From the NCBI RefSeq assembly GCF_009914755.1, contig NC_060929.1: a stretch of 64,000 nucleotides of DNA; one strand, written 5' to 3'. The notes under the pieces are model-generated. The model was not told the DNA's origin and did no database searches. It worked only from the letters and a program-made list of their open reading frames with translations. This DNA comes from the human T2T-CHM13v2.0 reference genome, Homo sapiens. This document shows, piece after piece, positions 44,177-56,599 of this stretch. Position numbers and translations under genes: made by a program. How positions within the stretch are numbered: position 1 is the first letter of the stretch; each line of letters begins with the position of its first letter.

Positions 44177-45041
44177 CACTTTTCTTTGAAGGTGAAAAGA
44201 AGGTAATTAAAAAGTCTGGATTTAACTTTTACCTCTATGAAAGACCAACTTATGAATAGGCCAGGAAACTTAGAAGAAAATATGAATGGACAGAATTGTG
44301 GACATAGTCAGATGTGTAGTTTGCGTTTCAGAAAACAAACTCTGATAAGTCAAAAAATATAGCTATAGCCCATAACATGCGTAATGTGGGAATGGAAAGC
44401 CAGAGTAAACGTAAAATTTTTCCATCTATTAGGAATTTCAAAATTATGGCAATTAAAGATACCAATATGGCTACACAGGACACAGGACAGAACATTTGTA
44501 AGAGTGTAACATAAAAAAATGAATATGTAATCTTAAATTCCTATCATATTCTTAACTATCAAAGTTCAGGCAGGAACAAACACATTAAGAGAAAAGATGT
44601 ATTTCTCTAGCATTTCTTATCTGCATATGTTCTGATATTGTGGAGTCATATACAAATATTTATGATGACAGTCACTATTATTGAAAATACATTTTAGACC
44701 TTACAGTAGCTAACAAACATCACATTTTCAAGCTTTATCTCCCTCATAGCAAATATCATCTTATTTCTCACCACATAAGAGCTGTTTTTATGAGGATTTG
44801 ATATCTTACTTGCTCAGACTAAAAATGCCACATTCAGACATCTGTCTCATTTTCAATCCAATCTGATTTCCAGAATAAATGAGAAAGTATACATAATAGG
44901 CAAAACTATCATGACAGACGCAATAACTTAGCTTAAAATTCAGATGTTATTAAGTGATAATTATTAAAAAGTGGGCTTTGGCATTATAGACACAGAGAAT
45001 AATAAGTCTTTAACCAAACAACCACAAACAGAAATTCCAAA

Positions 45042-45500
45042 CTGTCTTTGGTACCTAGTCTCCAACAATGATCTCTAGTGAACTACATCTCCCAGTATAT
45101 CCTCCCGTAGTACCCTGTCTCACTGAATGTGGAAGAGGTGGTTGTTTGCCAGTTCTGGGCTGTGCCTTTGAGACAACTGTCAGCATCCTTTTCTTTGCTC
45201 TTGGGAGACCCCTTTTCATAAGCCATGATAGAGGAAGTCTGGCTCCCCTTCTGGAAATACCACGTGGAGCGCCCACATCAATGGAAGCCCTGAGACTGCG
45301 TGAATGAAAAGAAACCCACCTATACCAACATTTCAGTCTCACACACGGATGAATCCCCTCTTCACTACCATATAACTGCAAGTACATGGGGGTCCCCAAG
45401 TGAGAGCAGCACAAACACCTAAATTTGTCTAGTCAACCTCCCAAACTCTAAGATATAAAAACAGCTGTTATTTTAAAATATTAAGTTTTAGGGTAGCTTG
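45042..45500 (+). mobile_element. MLT1H-like LTR
   Basis: TGCCAGTTCTGGGC, GAAGCCCTGAGACT, CCCCAAGTGAGA, AGTCAACC, TAAGTTTTAGGGTAGCTT. Confidence 0.65.
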
Positions 45501-45925
45501 GCACTAGAAATGGTTCCAGAGAAACAGAGCCTTAATATGGGAATCTGTAAGGAAGTGTCTGATCTAAGTAGATTTAGAGACATCCATGGGCCTGTTAGCA
45601 TGAGTAGCTCATGGCATGCAGTGGCAAAACAGTTATTTGAATGATCACATGTAGTCACCTGTAACTAATGCCAACAGAAGGAAAGTTTTAGGTAAGCAAG
45701 GAGTAACTGCCATAAAAACATAAGGGTACATAAGAAATATAATGGGAGATGACTGGTTGTTTCTAAATGCATTGGAAAATAAGAAGAAAAAAAATAAAGA
45801 GCTTAGGGCTCTAAATTCTCTACCCAAGGTCCAAGTTAGCAATGAAAAAAAAATGCCCATGACTGCCCTAAACACTACCTTTATTTCCTGTAGTTTCATG
45901 GGCAAGGTTTCTGAGAACCCAATTT
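45500..45925 (+). mobile_element. ERVL-type internal (leader/gag) relic
   Basis: TGGCACTAGAAATGGTTCCAGAGAAACAGA; CATGGCATGCAGTGGCAAAAC; GCTTAGGGCTCTAAATTC; CTTTATTTCCTGTAG. Confidence 0.55.
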
Positions 45926-48900
45926 CTTCTTACTTAGTTGTATTTAGGTTTGTTCACACATTTGATTTTTACTTTCTCAAGAGTTAGGACCAAAATTCCA
46001 GTTATTATTACTTCAGGACCAAGCTCAATATCATGCACAATGGTTACCAAACACATGCTGAGTGAATAAATGAATACTTGAGAAGACATGGTTCAAAACA
46101 ATCAATATGGTACAAAGTAGAGAGAAACAATGTTTACAATTAAATGCACTCTGATTTCATCTTAAGGAAGATGAGAAAGAGAAAATATCTGTCACCTACC
46201 ATATGAGAATTAAAAATTCAACTTTTGACTCTCTTGATTCTATCTACTTGAAGAGACCTATGGGAAACATGTCTTGTATATGTTTTATATATAATATATA
46301 TAATACTTATATATAATCGTTTTAGTGTTGCTTTTTGGTTTTCTACATATTTTAGTTAAAGATTAACCTTAAGAGATATATTTTTGGGGTAATTTTTTTT
46401 CTAAATTTAAATATTTAGGGCTCTAAATTCCACTTCCAGTCATGATAATTCAGTTACATTTTAAAAGAGGAAGCAAACTGTTTTCAGAATTCCCTTCTGA
46501 TTTCTCACTTGAAAATGATTCCTTAAGTCAAATATTGTGATAATCATTTTTGAATATCAAGCAGCTTATATTTGTTACCTGATATGAAAAGCACATCAGC
46601 TGGAGCTTTTAGCCACAGTTATACAGAAGCACAGCTCACCATGATCCTGGTGGAAGGATTGGATTTCTGTTTCTATTAACTTTCCCCAAAGAGAAAAACA
46701 CTTGGCTATTTACTTCTACTTCCTGTTCTGGGGTGTCATTGTTGCTGCTTCTGCATGACATAAACAGCCTGCTCAGCTTAAATTCACCAGACTTTTAGAA
46801 TGTAATTTAGTATCTGCTAAAGCCTTAAGGTAAACAAACACACAGGCCAGACGATATTTCATATTGGAATATTCCCCATCCACCTATGTTATGAAGAGTG
46901 ATCTTCACAGAGGTAGTTGCACTCTATTCTCTAAATTGTTTTTAAATTTTCTTGTGGCTGGCTTAAGTCAATAGAGCAGTGTAGTGTACCTTTTGAAAAA
47001 TCTCCTGCCTCACTTCTCAATACTTTCCTTTTTTTTTTTTCATCTTAAGCAAGAGCAACTCACTGTCATACACTGTATAGTTATCCGTGATCTATTGGTC
47101 CAGCTCTGCTGGATTGAAGCCAGATTTCAACACTTAGCTCCCCCCTGGCGAACTACTTTCCCACCACTGGTTAAAAAATGATCACTTTTATGCTTAAGCA
47201 TACACATTGACATCTCCTGTCTTGAATTCTTCTGAAAAAGAAGAAAAATAGCTAGAGAAGTCTACCATAGCAGCCCTTTCTGGCAGGGATTTGAAAGTAA
47301 GAGAACATTTCCAATTTCAGTAAAAACCAACTGGTTCAGAAAAGTTCAGGTACTTCAGAAGTTAACACAGGGCTCCCTTTGGTCGCATCAGGATTGACAT
47401 TCCTATTGGCCCAGTTTGCTTTTACTCAGTTCAGCTCTTTTGTTATTACTTATAGACAATGTTGCCTCAGCTGGAAAGCAGAATCATATCAGACACCATT
47501 TTTAGAGGAGTTTAATGATATTTCAGTGGGACAAAAGGAAAAGAGTGCCCCCTCAGGATGTCTTTAAAATCCATAAAGCCAGATTTTGAAAAGAATATGA
47601 TTGGAATGCAGCAAGAAATCTATCCTTAACAATTTCCCTTCACTGAATTGCTTCCTGGTTGTTCTTTATGGCAACTCTTAATGGTATAGGACACCTTTAC
47701 AAGCTGGAAAACATGGCAGCCTTCTCATGAAAGTAATGCTGTCAGTTTCACACAAAGAATTAAAATCAATTATTTTCTCTCTTTTCTCTCTTTGGATGAA
47801 ATTTTAAGCTTTGGTCAAGAGATTTTGGTTTTTCTTCTCAAGGGCAAATAAGAAATCCTGAAATTAAAAAAAAATAGACATATATGCCCATTGAACTTGA
47901 AAAATAGGCTAGTGGTTTATTTTCTTAAACTTTTTGGATTTTCTTTACTTTTTAAGGGCAGTTACTAAAACAAATGGAATTGTTGGACTACTGTAGGCTA
48001 TTCATGACTTATAGTCATAAAACGGAATAAAAATACCACATCATTTTGATGAGGCATTAAGTGAAATCAACTCAAGAAGCTTTCTTAGGTATTTATGAAG
48101 AATATCTAAATAGATAAATTGTTATTCACAAAAAAAATCACAGTAAAATTAGAAAAGATGCACCAACACAACAAGCAGGCAAGAGTAAAAAATGGTGTTG
48201 AGTCATATGATGTCCTATATGAGAAAGATTTTCAATGCAGAACTATTTACAGAAGGAATGTAAAAGGTAGAGAAGGTGTGAGAATCAAGTGCTCCTGCAG
48301 TAGGATTTGGAAAAAAATAGAGAGGTACAGTTTATGGTAGAGTCCATATCTTAACTATGGTAGTCGACATATCTTAACTTTCTAACTCTTTAGGATAAAG
48401 GAATGCACATTTCTAGAAAGTCAGTGTAAACAAAAAAACCCTAGAAGTCCTTAATCTTAGTTAAGGAGTATGAACATATTTTAAAAATATATGGTAAAAG
48501 AGGAAATTGAAAGAGACTAGGAGAATGAGAAAAGCAAGAAAAACAAGAATACTGCGTTTTTGCAAAGGAGAAGACAACATTCAGAAGGAGGATGTCATAA
48601 ACAGTTACAACCTTTAGAACAAAGTTCAAGGAGAGTGATAAGTGGCTGAAAGAAAAACAAGGATAGAAAAAAAGAATCAATAGACTTTGTAACAAGATTT
48701 TTGTTGACCTGACAGCAATTTCATTATAGTGGTTAATGGAAATTTAAAGAGATAAATGAAAAATCAGGGGTGGGATATTACTATGCAAGAATTTTTACTG
48801 AGAAAGAAGGGAAGAATGAATAATAGGATAACAATCCGAAGAAATAACCATAGCAGAAGATTGTGTTTGTGTATGTGTGTGTTTTGATATATCTGGTGTT

Positions 48901-49380
48901 TTATAATTTTTTTAAAGTTTTTTCCTATGTGAATTAGAAGAAAATGAGAATGAATTGCCACTGCAAAACTAGTGAGAAGACATTTAAAAATAATATTCCC
49001 CAATAATTAGAAGAGGATCTAATAAGACTAGTAGAGAAATTAATTTTAGAGAGTCATCTGCCTGTCACTTTGATATCACAGGAAAAGATGAGCCAAAAAA
49101 ATTAGAAAAGGACTCAAGTAAAGATGAGGATAAATATGTAAACACACATGGAATTAGTTTAGTCAGTTTAATGAAGATGATTACAAGTTAAAATTGAGAA
49201 AAAGTTTGAGATTGACAAAAGATCAGAAAGGTGGCCTAGCATTTACCGGCTATGAACTAGAAAGTAGGAGTAATTACAAGCAAAGATTAGAACAAAAATT
49301 GGAGTTTCATAGGCTGAACATTCAGAAAGCTAAGTTTCCCCCATAAATGAAGAAAACAGACACATCTCTATATGGTATGA

Positions 49381-49690
<310 letters not shown>

Positions 49691-49975
49691 CTGTGGTATG
49701 AGTTTTGAGTGCTGAAAATCCTTCACCTCCTAGCCCTGGCATAATTCTTCAACTTTTCATATTATTTTTTACTTTAGGTTATATCAATGAAGGTTTCTGT
49801 TAGAGTGAAGATAGTAATAAAATGATTACTATATCATTAGTATTGTTAATATTAATTGGGATACCCTGCTTATTGTAAAGAAATGGCTGTTTAATAATGG
49901 ATCACTGGAACCTGTGGTAATCCACTCATGGCTAATTTTGTAAAAGAGATATGCAGTGGTGTCTATAATAACTAC

Positions 49976-50431
49976 TGTTAAAGTTAAATAAAATATGAGA
50001 GGAATCTTTGAAATGAAGACACTGTATTTGAGAAGAAAAAATTGCAATTTGGGACATACATGCAGATTGGCTGCTTTTTGGTATGTTCGATGAACAAAGG
50101 GAAGGCTAGCAGTTTTATAAAAAGGAGAAATGTTACATATTGATTTTTGAGAAATTTCATTGGTACCAGCAAGATTTTGAGGACCTGTCAAGTTCTGGTT
50201 GGTAAGTGACAGCAGCAGGTAAAACTAGTCTTAGAGTTGTACAGCAGGTTGTTTCAGTAGCCATTAAATAAAATTAGTTTCAGGTTACAGTGGGCAGTTT
50301 CAGCTGACATGCTTGCAGAGATTACACATTTGGAGTAATGTTTTGTACACTGAATGCTTTTCCGCAGCGTCTTGATTCTGATTTGGTTGGGCATGACAAG
50401 AATGAGCCAATTTATATCAACAACTTTCACA
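49976..50431 (-). mobile_element. ERV1-class solo LTR (MER4 group, family unassigned)
   Basis: TG...CA termini, 456 bp, perfect 4-bp TSD CTAC at 49972-75 and 50432-35. Confidence 0.75.
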
Positions 50432-50502
50432 CTACTTTCATTATTTATGTGATGGTTGGCTCTTCATTTTATTAACTCTTCATTTATAGGTAATTAAAAA
50501 TA

Positions 50503-50685
50503 TTGAGGTCAGGAGTTCAAGACCAGACTGACCAACATGGTGAAACTCCATCTCTACTAAAAATACAAAATTAGTGGAGCGTGTGGTGGTGCACATCCAT
50601 AAGCCCAGGTACTTGGGAGGCTGAGGCAGGAGAATCTCTCGAACCCAGGAGGCAGAAGTTGCAGTGAGCAGAGATGGCTCCATTG
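50503..50685 (+). mobile_element. Internal Alu fragment lacking both ends
   Basis: TTGAGGTCAGGAGTTC through GAGATGGCTCCATTG; no tail. Confidence 0.88.
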
Positions 50686-50762
50686 AACTTTTCCAATCTG
50701 TGATGATGTGCTACAATGAATCTTATTATCAATGTGAATTAAATTTTTATAAACCACCCAAA

Positions 50763-50905
50763 GGCCAGGTGCAGTGGCTTACTCCTGTAATCCTAGCACT
50801 TTGGGAGGCTGAGGTGGGTGGATCACGAGGTCAGGAGATCGAGACCATCTTGGCTAACGTGCTGAAACCCTGTCTGTACTAAAAATACAAAAAAAAAAAA
50901 AAAAA
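50763..50905 (+). mobile_element. Left monomer only of an AluY/Sc-type element, with an A-tail
   Basis: GATCACGAGGTCAGGAGATCGAGACCATCTTGGCTAAC, then TACTAAAAATAC running into poly-A. Confidence 0.88.
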
Positions 50906-51017
50906 CCCAAAAAATAAAAAGCAAACAAACAAAGAAACCTCAGCTATCTTGATACTTAAATTTAAAAGAAGTTTGTCAATTGGCTGGTTCATTTGCAACA
51001 TTCTAAAATCACTGACA

Positions 51018-51112
51018 AATATATACATATTAATTATATGTATATATGTTACATATTAATATAATACATATATTATAATATACATATAATACGATTAATA
51101 TAATACATATTA
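51018..51112. repeat. AT-rich low-complexity (TA/TAA) tract
   Basis: Degenerate ATATACATATTAAT units. Confidence 0.75.
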
Positions 51113-51287
51113 ATTGCTAGACACGTCCTTAAGCTTAAAATTATAAACTATTACTTAAATGCCTTAACTTTATGATAATATTTGTTGTCTAATTAATCAG
51201 TCAACTGTCTTCCTTGCTGTTATTTATAAAATAACACAAGTGCAGTTATAATTATAGAACTATGCAACATAGACCAAACTTAGTCAC

Positions 51288-51992
51288 TGCGTCTGGAATT
51301 TATTCCTTCCGGTGGGTTCTTGGTCTCACTGACTTCAAGAATGAAGTCGCGGACCCTCATGGTGACTGTTACATCTCTTAAAGATGGTGTGTCTGGAGTT
51401 TGTTCCTTCAGATGTTCAGATGTGTCCAGAGTTTCTTCCTTCCAGTGGGTTTGTGGTCTCACTGACTTCAGGAGTGAAGCCACAGACCTTCGCAGTGAGT
51501 GTTACAGCTCATAAAGGTGGCACACCCAGAGTTGTTTGTTCCTCCCAGTGGGTTCGTGGTCTCGCTGACTTCAGGAATGAAGCTGCAGACCCTCACGGTG
51601 AGTGTTACAGCTCATAAAGGTAGTGCAGACCCAAAGAGTGAGCTGCAGCAAGATTTATTGTGAAGAGCAAAAGAACAAAGTTTCCACAGTTTCGAAGGGG
51701 ACCCCAGCAGGTTGCCACTGCTGGCTCAGGTGGCCAGCTTTTAGTCCCTTATTTGGCCCCACCCATGTCCTGCCGATTGGTCCATTTTACAGAGTGCTGA
51801 TTGGTGTGTTTACAAACCTTTAGCTAGACACAGAGCACTGATTGGTGCATTTACAAACCCTTAGCTAGACACAGAGTGCTGATTGGTGTGATTTTACAGA
51901 GTGCTGATTGCTGTGTTTACAATCCTTCAGCTAGACACAAAAGTTCTCCAAGTCCCCACCTGACCCAGAAGCCCAGCTGGCTTCACCTCTCA
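51288..51992 (-). mobile_element. Short ERV9 solo LTR (LTR12/LTR12F-type)
   Basis: TGCGTCTGGAATTTATTCCTTCCGGTGGGTTC...CCAGCTGGCTTCACCTCTCA; GTGCTGATTGG repeats; lacks the long GC-rich U3 of LTR12C. Confidence 0.92.
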
Positions 51993-52699
51993 ACTCAGAT
52001 ATGAGAAAAATAAGATCTAGATAAATGGAGAAATCTCTAAATTTCATGTTACTTTCAGGGATGGGAGTTGCATTCTAGTTTTATAGAGAAAAAGTTGAGA
52101 GCTGTACGTTACATTTATATTCTAAAATATGCCTAAACCAATGCTAAGATAATACCTTATATCTTAGCATTTGGTTTAAATGCTAAGCTATTGAAAGATG
52201 TCTCATCTTGTAAATGATGAAGGATAGATGAAGTGATACTTATTTTGATTATCATACGTGTTCATTGGGGGCCAAAGGGAATTTAGATTAAAACAGAACA
52301 AAGAAAAATGACTGCAATTGGCTAACATGAATATAATGTTAGAAAATTTTCACTTTGTAACATTATATTTTAATAGTCTTCAGAATGAGACTTGGTACTT
52401 GTTTCACTTTCTCATATCTTTGCAATTTATTTAATTCCAAATTCTAAAAAATGGTGTTTATCGAATAGTTAGAAGTATACATGCATGATTTTCACAGAAG
52501 AGGCTTTATGCCTATTCTTTTGTATCACTAGTTTCTGAATCACAGTTTTGCCTAAGTATGTCTGATTGGCAGAGCTAGGTCCCTTGCCTGAAATCTAACT
52601 TTAAGAGAGTCCAAAAAATTGTGTTTCTCATTTCTGTCTTGAAGATTTTTAAATCATTGTAAGGGCTAAGTCATTGAAGCAAAGGTATACTTAAGGGCA

Positions 52700-53430
52700 A
52701 TCGCTTGCAGAAAACAGTAGGACATTTTTTTTCTCATATATCTGTCCCAAGCTGAATGTCCAGGCTGCGGGGTGCCTATGCTCTGCATGGGCATTCTGGG
52801 CCTAGATCTTTCCATTCTCTTGCTCTGTAACCTGCAGGGTTACTGTTTACATCTGTATAGTCAGCTAGATTGCAGACACATCACTCTTTCAATTGAGAGG
52901 GAGAGGAAAAGAGAACATTAGTATAGAAGTGGTCTACCTTTGAAATAAGAGATGATTCAAAAGTTGTAGTAATCATTCTCCTCACAACTCAAATACTTTC
53001 GCAAAGGAGGCTTGTGTCTCTTGTCCATTTGCCCTGCTATAACAAAATATCTGAGGTGTGATAATTTATAAACAACAATTTGTTTCTCACAGTTCTGGAA
53101 GCTGGGACATCCAAGGTCAAGGGACCCGCAGATGTGATGTCTAGTGAGAGCTGCTTTGTGCTTGCATCCTCCAGAGGGGGCAAACTCATTACTTCAAGGC
53201 CTTTTATAAGTGGCCTAATCTTGTCCATGAGACTTCTGTGCTCATGACATAATTACTTCCTAAAAATCTCACCTGTTAATATGATTACATTGATGATTAA
53301 GTTTCAATATGAATGAATCTGGGGGAACATACTCAGGCCGTAGTAGCTGGGAAATGTCATCTTTAGCTGGCCAGCCACGTGCTCTGCTACAACTCTATTA
53401 TGGAAGAGGAAAAGATTGCTCATCTCTGAC
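52700..53430 (-). mobile_element. Old MLT1 (I/J-like) LTR hosting a younger MaLR LTR
   Basis: GCAAAGGAGGCT|GGGAAATGT motif split by the insert. Confidence 0.45.
53015..53345 (-). mobile_element. MSTD/MLT1A-like solo LTR
   Basis: CTGCTATAACAAAATA...TCTCACAGTTCTGGAAGCTGGGA...; 5-bp TSD GCTTG / GCTGG. Confidence 0.85.
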
Positions 53431-55175
53431 ACAGGAGTCATGAATTCATATGTTAGATAATTCCCCAAACTTAGTAAAGGTGTCTGAAGCTGCGGAGTAA
53501 CTGCATGTACCTTTAAACAACATTTTTAGTTCTTTAAGCAATTTACATAAAATAAAATTCTACAGTAGAAATTACTGATCTACATAACTTAAAATGTATA
53601 TTGCAGAAAATGTAACATTTTAATGACATATTTTTACAAGACAACTAACTTATGCCAATCATAAGTTCTACATGACAGACTTGAAAAATATCTGAGCAAA
53701 AATATATTCATCAGAAATAAATGGAGGCTCTTTTGGGTCCTCAAGGGCTTAGGTTGTCTTTCACTGTGACTGACGAATGGGATTCCATTTGCTCATTTAT
53801 TCTTTTAATAAATAATTATTCAATAATTATCTTCAGTTCTATGCACAGGGAATGTTAAAAATGACATGTTACCGACATTCAAGGAAATTAAAATTTAATA
53901 AGAAATACATAAATATAGCACTAATAAGGATAACTTCTACACAAGGTAAAATATGACACAAATGCTCCTTTTTAGTTTATTTGCATTTTGAGGATTTAAT
54001 TTCCAGAGGTACATAGAAAATATCAGTCCAAGGAAAGAAGGATCAATTCTAGTTGGGTCCTAACTGTGGAAATGTCTAAAAATCTTTGATGTATTTTGGA
54101 AAATCTCTTTTCTAAAGGAATAATTGACCAGAAAAAGTTATTTCTATATTGTTCATAATTACTTAAATTTTTAACATCTGCTGCTCAGTAATTTCCCAGC
54201 TTCTACGATATGAGTTCAGAAAACCCCAGCCAGTCGTGTCTTCTCAAGAAGAGATAAGGAAACTGTCAGGGTGTCAATCTTCTCTTCCCACCAGGTTTAA
54301 GAATGACAGGCCACAAATCACTTTGGGCAGAAAGAAATGAATGTCAACTGTGTTTTTTCCTTTCTGGGTTTATGGATGAAGAAAGCCTCTTAAACTATAC
54401 ATTAATATGTAGTAATTGATATATCTGGATCAGCTCAGATGCTGTCAGTCCCATTGTGTGTTTATATAAACTCAGCACTTTAAAAATAACCATCTGCCTC
54501 CAAGCCTAGGAGCAGAAACAGAAATTTGCATAATTTCCTACCAGTTTATATACATGGGTAAAAACCCACTGTTATAAAGCATTTTAAAGGCCACGTTTGT
54601 TTTTTTAGTATTGAGTAGACATATCATGCACATGTGACACAATAAAATGATTTATATTCTTTTTAGGTCTAGTTTCTCAGAAACTATTTTGGTAGCTTTT
54701 ATAGGAAAAACTGATCTCAATGAGACATTGAGATATACTACAACGGTTAAAAGACCATGCTTATGGCATTCATTCTTCTCATTTAAATCCACAGATGTTT
54801 TAGGGACTTTCCTGAATTAACTGGAACCAAACGCAAAGTGCTGCTTGCTATGCATCCCACAGGTTCTGTTTCTTTTTAATTTTGAACCAATTGTTGTCAT
54901 TAATACCTATTTATTTTTTTGTTTTTCTCTTCTTTTTGAGATATAGTACACATACAATTCAATTAAAAAATTTATAGTATGCAATTCAGTAGTTTTTACT
55001 ATATTCAGAAAGTTGTTTACCATCACCACTATTTAATTCCAGATTATTTTCCACTCCAAAAAGAAATCCTACAGCCATTATCAGTCATTCCCCATTTCCA
55101 ACTCCCCCACAGACCGTGGATACCAAAAATCTACTTCTGGTATTTATGGAGTTTTCTGTTCTGGACATTTTATAT

Positions 55176-55237
55176 GTTGAATCATAAGGCCTTTGAGTCA
55201 CGTTGAATCGTAAGGCTTTGAGTCACATTGAATCATA
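55176..55237. repeat. 25-26 bp tandem repeat, about 2.4 copies
   Basis: GTTGAATCATAAGGCCTTTGAGTCAC / GTTGAATCGTAAGGCTTTGAGTCAC / ATTGAATCATA. Confidence 0.9.
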
Positions 55238-55715
55238 TTAAATATGTGCCCTTGTGTGTTTGGCTTTATTCACTTTGCATCATGTTTTCAAAATTTATCC
55301 ATGTTATAGCATATGTCACTACTTCATCTTTTTTTGGGTGAATAACATTCTATTGTATGGATATACCACATTTTATTTATCTATTTGTTAGGTGATGGAT
55401 ATCTGGATTGTTTTCACTTTTGGGCTATTATAAGTAAAGCTGCTTGCCAACATTTGTGTACATATTTTTGTGTGAACACATGTTTTCAATTTTGTTGGGT
55501 ATATACCTAGGAGTGGAATTTCTGGGTCATATGGTAACTCTGTGTTTAACTTTTTGATGATCTGCTGTTTTCCAAAACAGAACTACCATTTTGAATTCCC
55601 ATGAGCAATGTATCAGGGTTCCAATTTCTCCACGTCATTGCCAATACTAGTTATTGTTTGCCTATTTGATTACAACCATTTTAGCAACTATTGTTTTTAT
55701 TTATGTTTACCTAAT

Positions 55716-56087
55716 TGTCTTAGTCTATTCCTGCTGCTATAATAAAACACCTAAGACTGGGTTATTTATATATAGTAGAAACTTATTTCTCACAGTTCTG
55801 GAGGTTGAGAAGTTCAAGATCTAAGTGCTAGCAGGTTTTGTCTGGTCATGCCCTGGTCTCTGCTTCCAAGATGGCACCTTGAACGTTTTCCTCACACGAC
55901 AGGAGGAATGGAAGGGCAAAACAGACCTAGGTAGTCCCTTTTAGCCCTTTTGTAAAAGCACTGATCCAGTCAGGCGGGCAAAGCCCAGCTCTTAATACTT
56001 CCCCAAAGCCACAACTTAATGTTGTTACATTGGGGATTAAGCTTGAACACAAATTTTAGAGGAGACACAAACATTCAAACTACAGCT
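55716..56087 (-). mobile_element. MSTB/C-like solo LTR inside the L1MB
   Basis: TGTCTTAGTC...TCTGCTTCCAAGATGGCACCTTG...ACATTCAAAC; perfect 5-bp TSD CTAAT at 55711-15 and 56088-92. Confidence 0.9.
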
Positions 56088-56599
56088 CTAATGAATAATG
56101 ATGTTGAGTGTCTTTCTAGATGTATTGGGTATTTTTATATCTTCCCTGAAGAAATTTTTATTCAAATCCTTTGCCCATTTTTTTAATTGATTATTTGTAC
56201 TCTTGATTTATAAGTGATTTTTAAATATTCTGGATACTAGATATATGATATGTTAGTTACAAACGATACTGATATATATTTAGATGTATCTACTGGTTAT
56301 ACATGAATTACAGATGTTTTCTTAATTTCTGTTGGTATTCTTTTCACTTTTGTAACAATATCCTTTGACTCAAAAATGTTTTAAATTTTGATAAGGTTCA
56401 ATGTATTTCCTTTTCTTTTTTTCATTGCATGTGATTTAGGTATCATATCTAGGGAACCATTGACTAATCTAAGGTCATGAAAATTTACACCTATTTTCTT
56501 CTGAAAGTTTGATCATTTAGTTCTCATACATTTAGGTATTTGATTCATTTTGAGTAATCTTTTTATATTGTGTGACACAGGGGTAATTTCATTTGAGTT

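Larger units (their letters stand above)
54925..56595 (-). mobile_element. L1MB7/8-like 3' end and ORF2 C-terminus
   Basis: CAATTCAGTAGTTTTTA...CCATCACCACTAT...GGGTATATACCTAGGAGTGGAATT...TCATATGGTAACTCTGTGTTTAAC. Confidence 0.85.
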
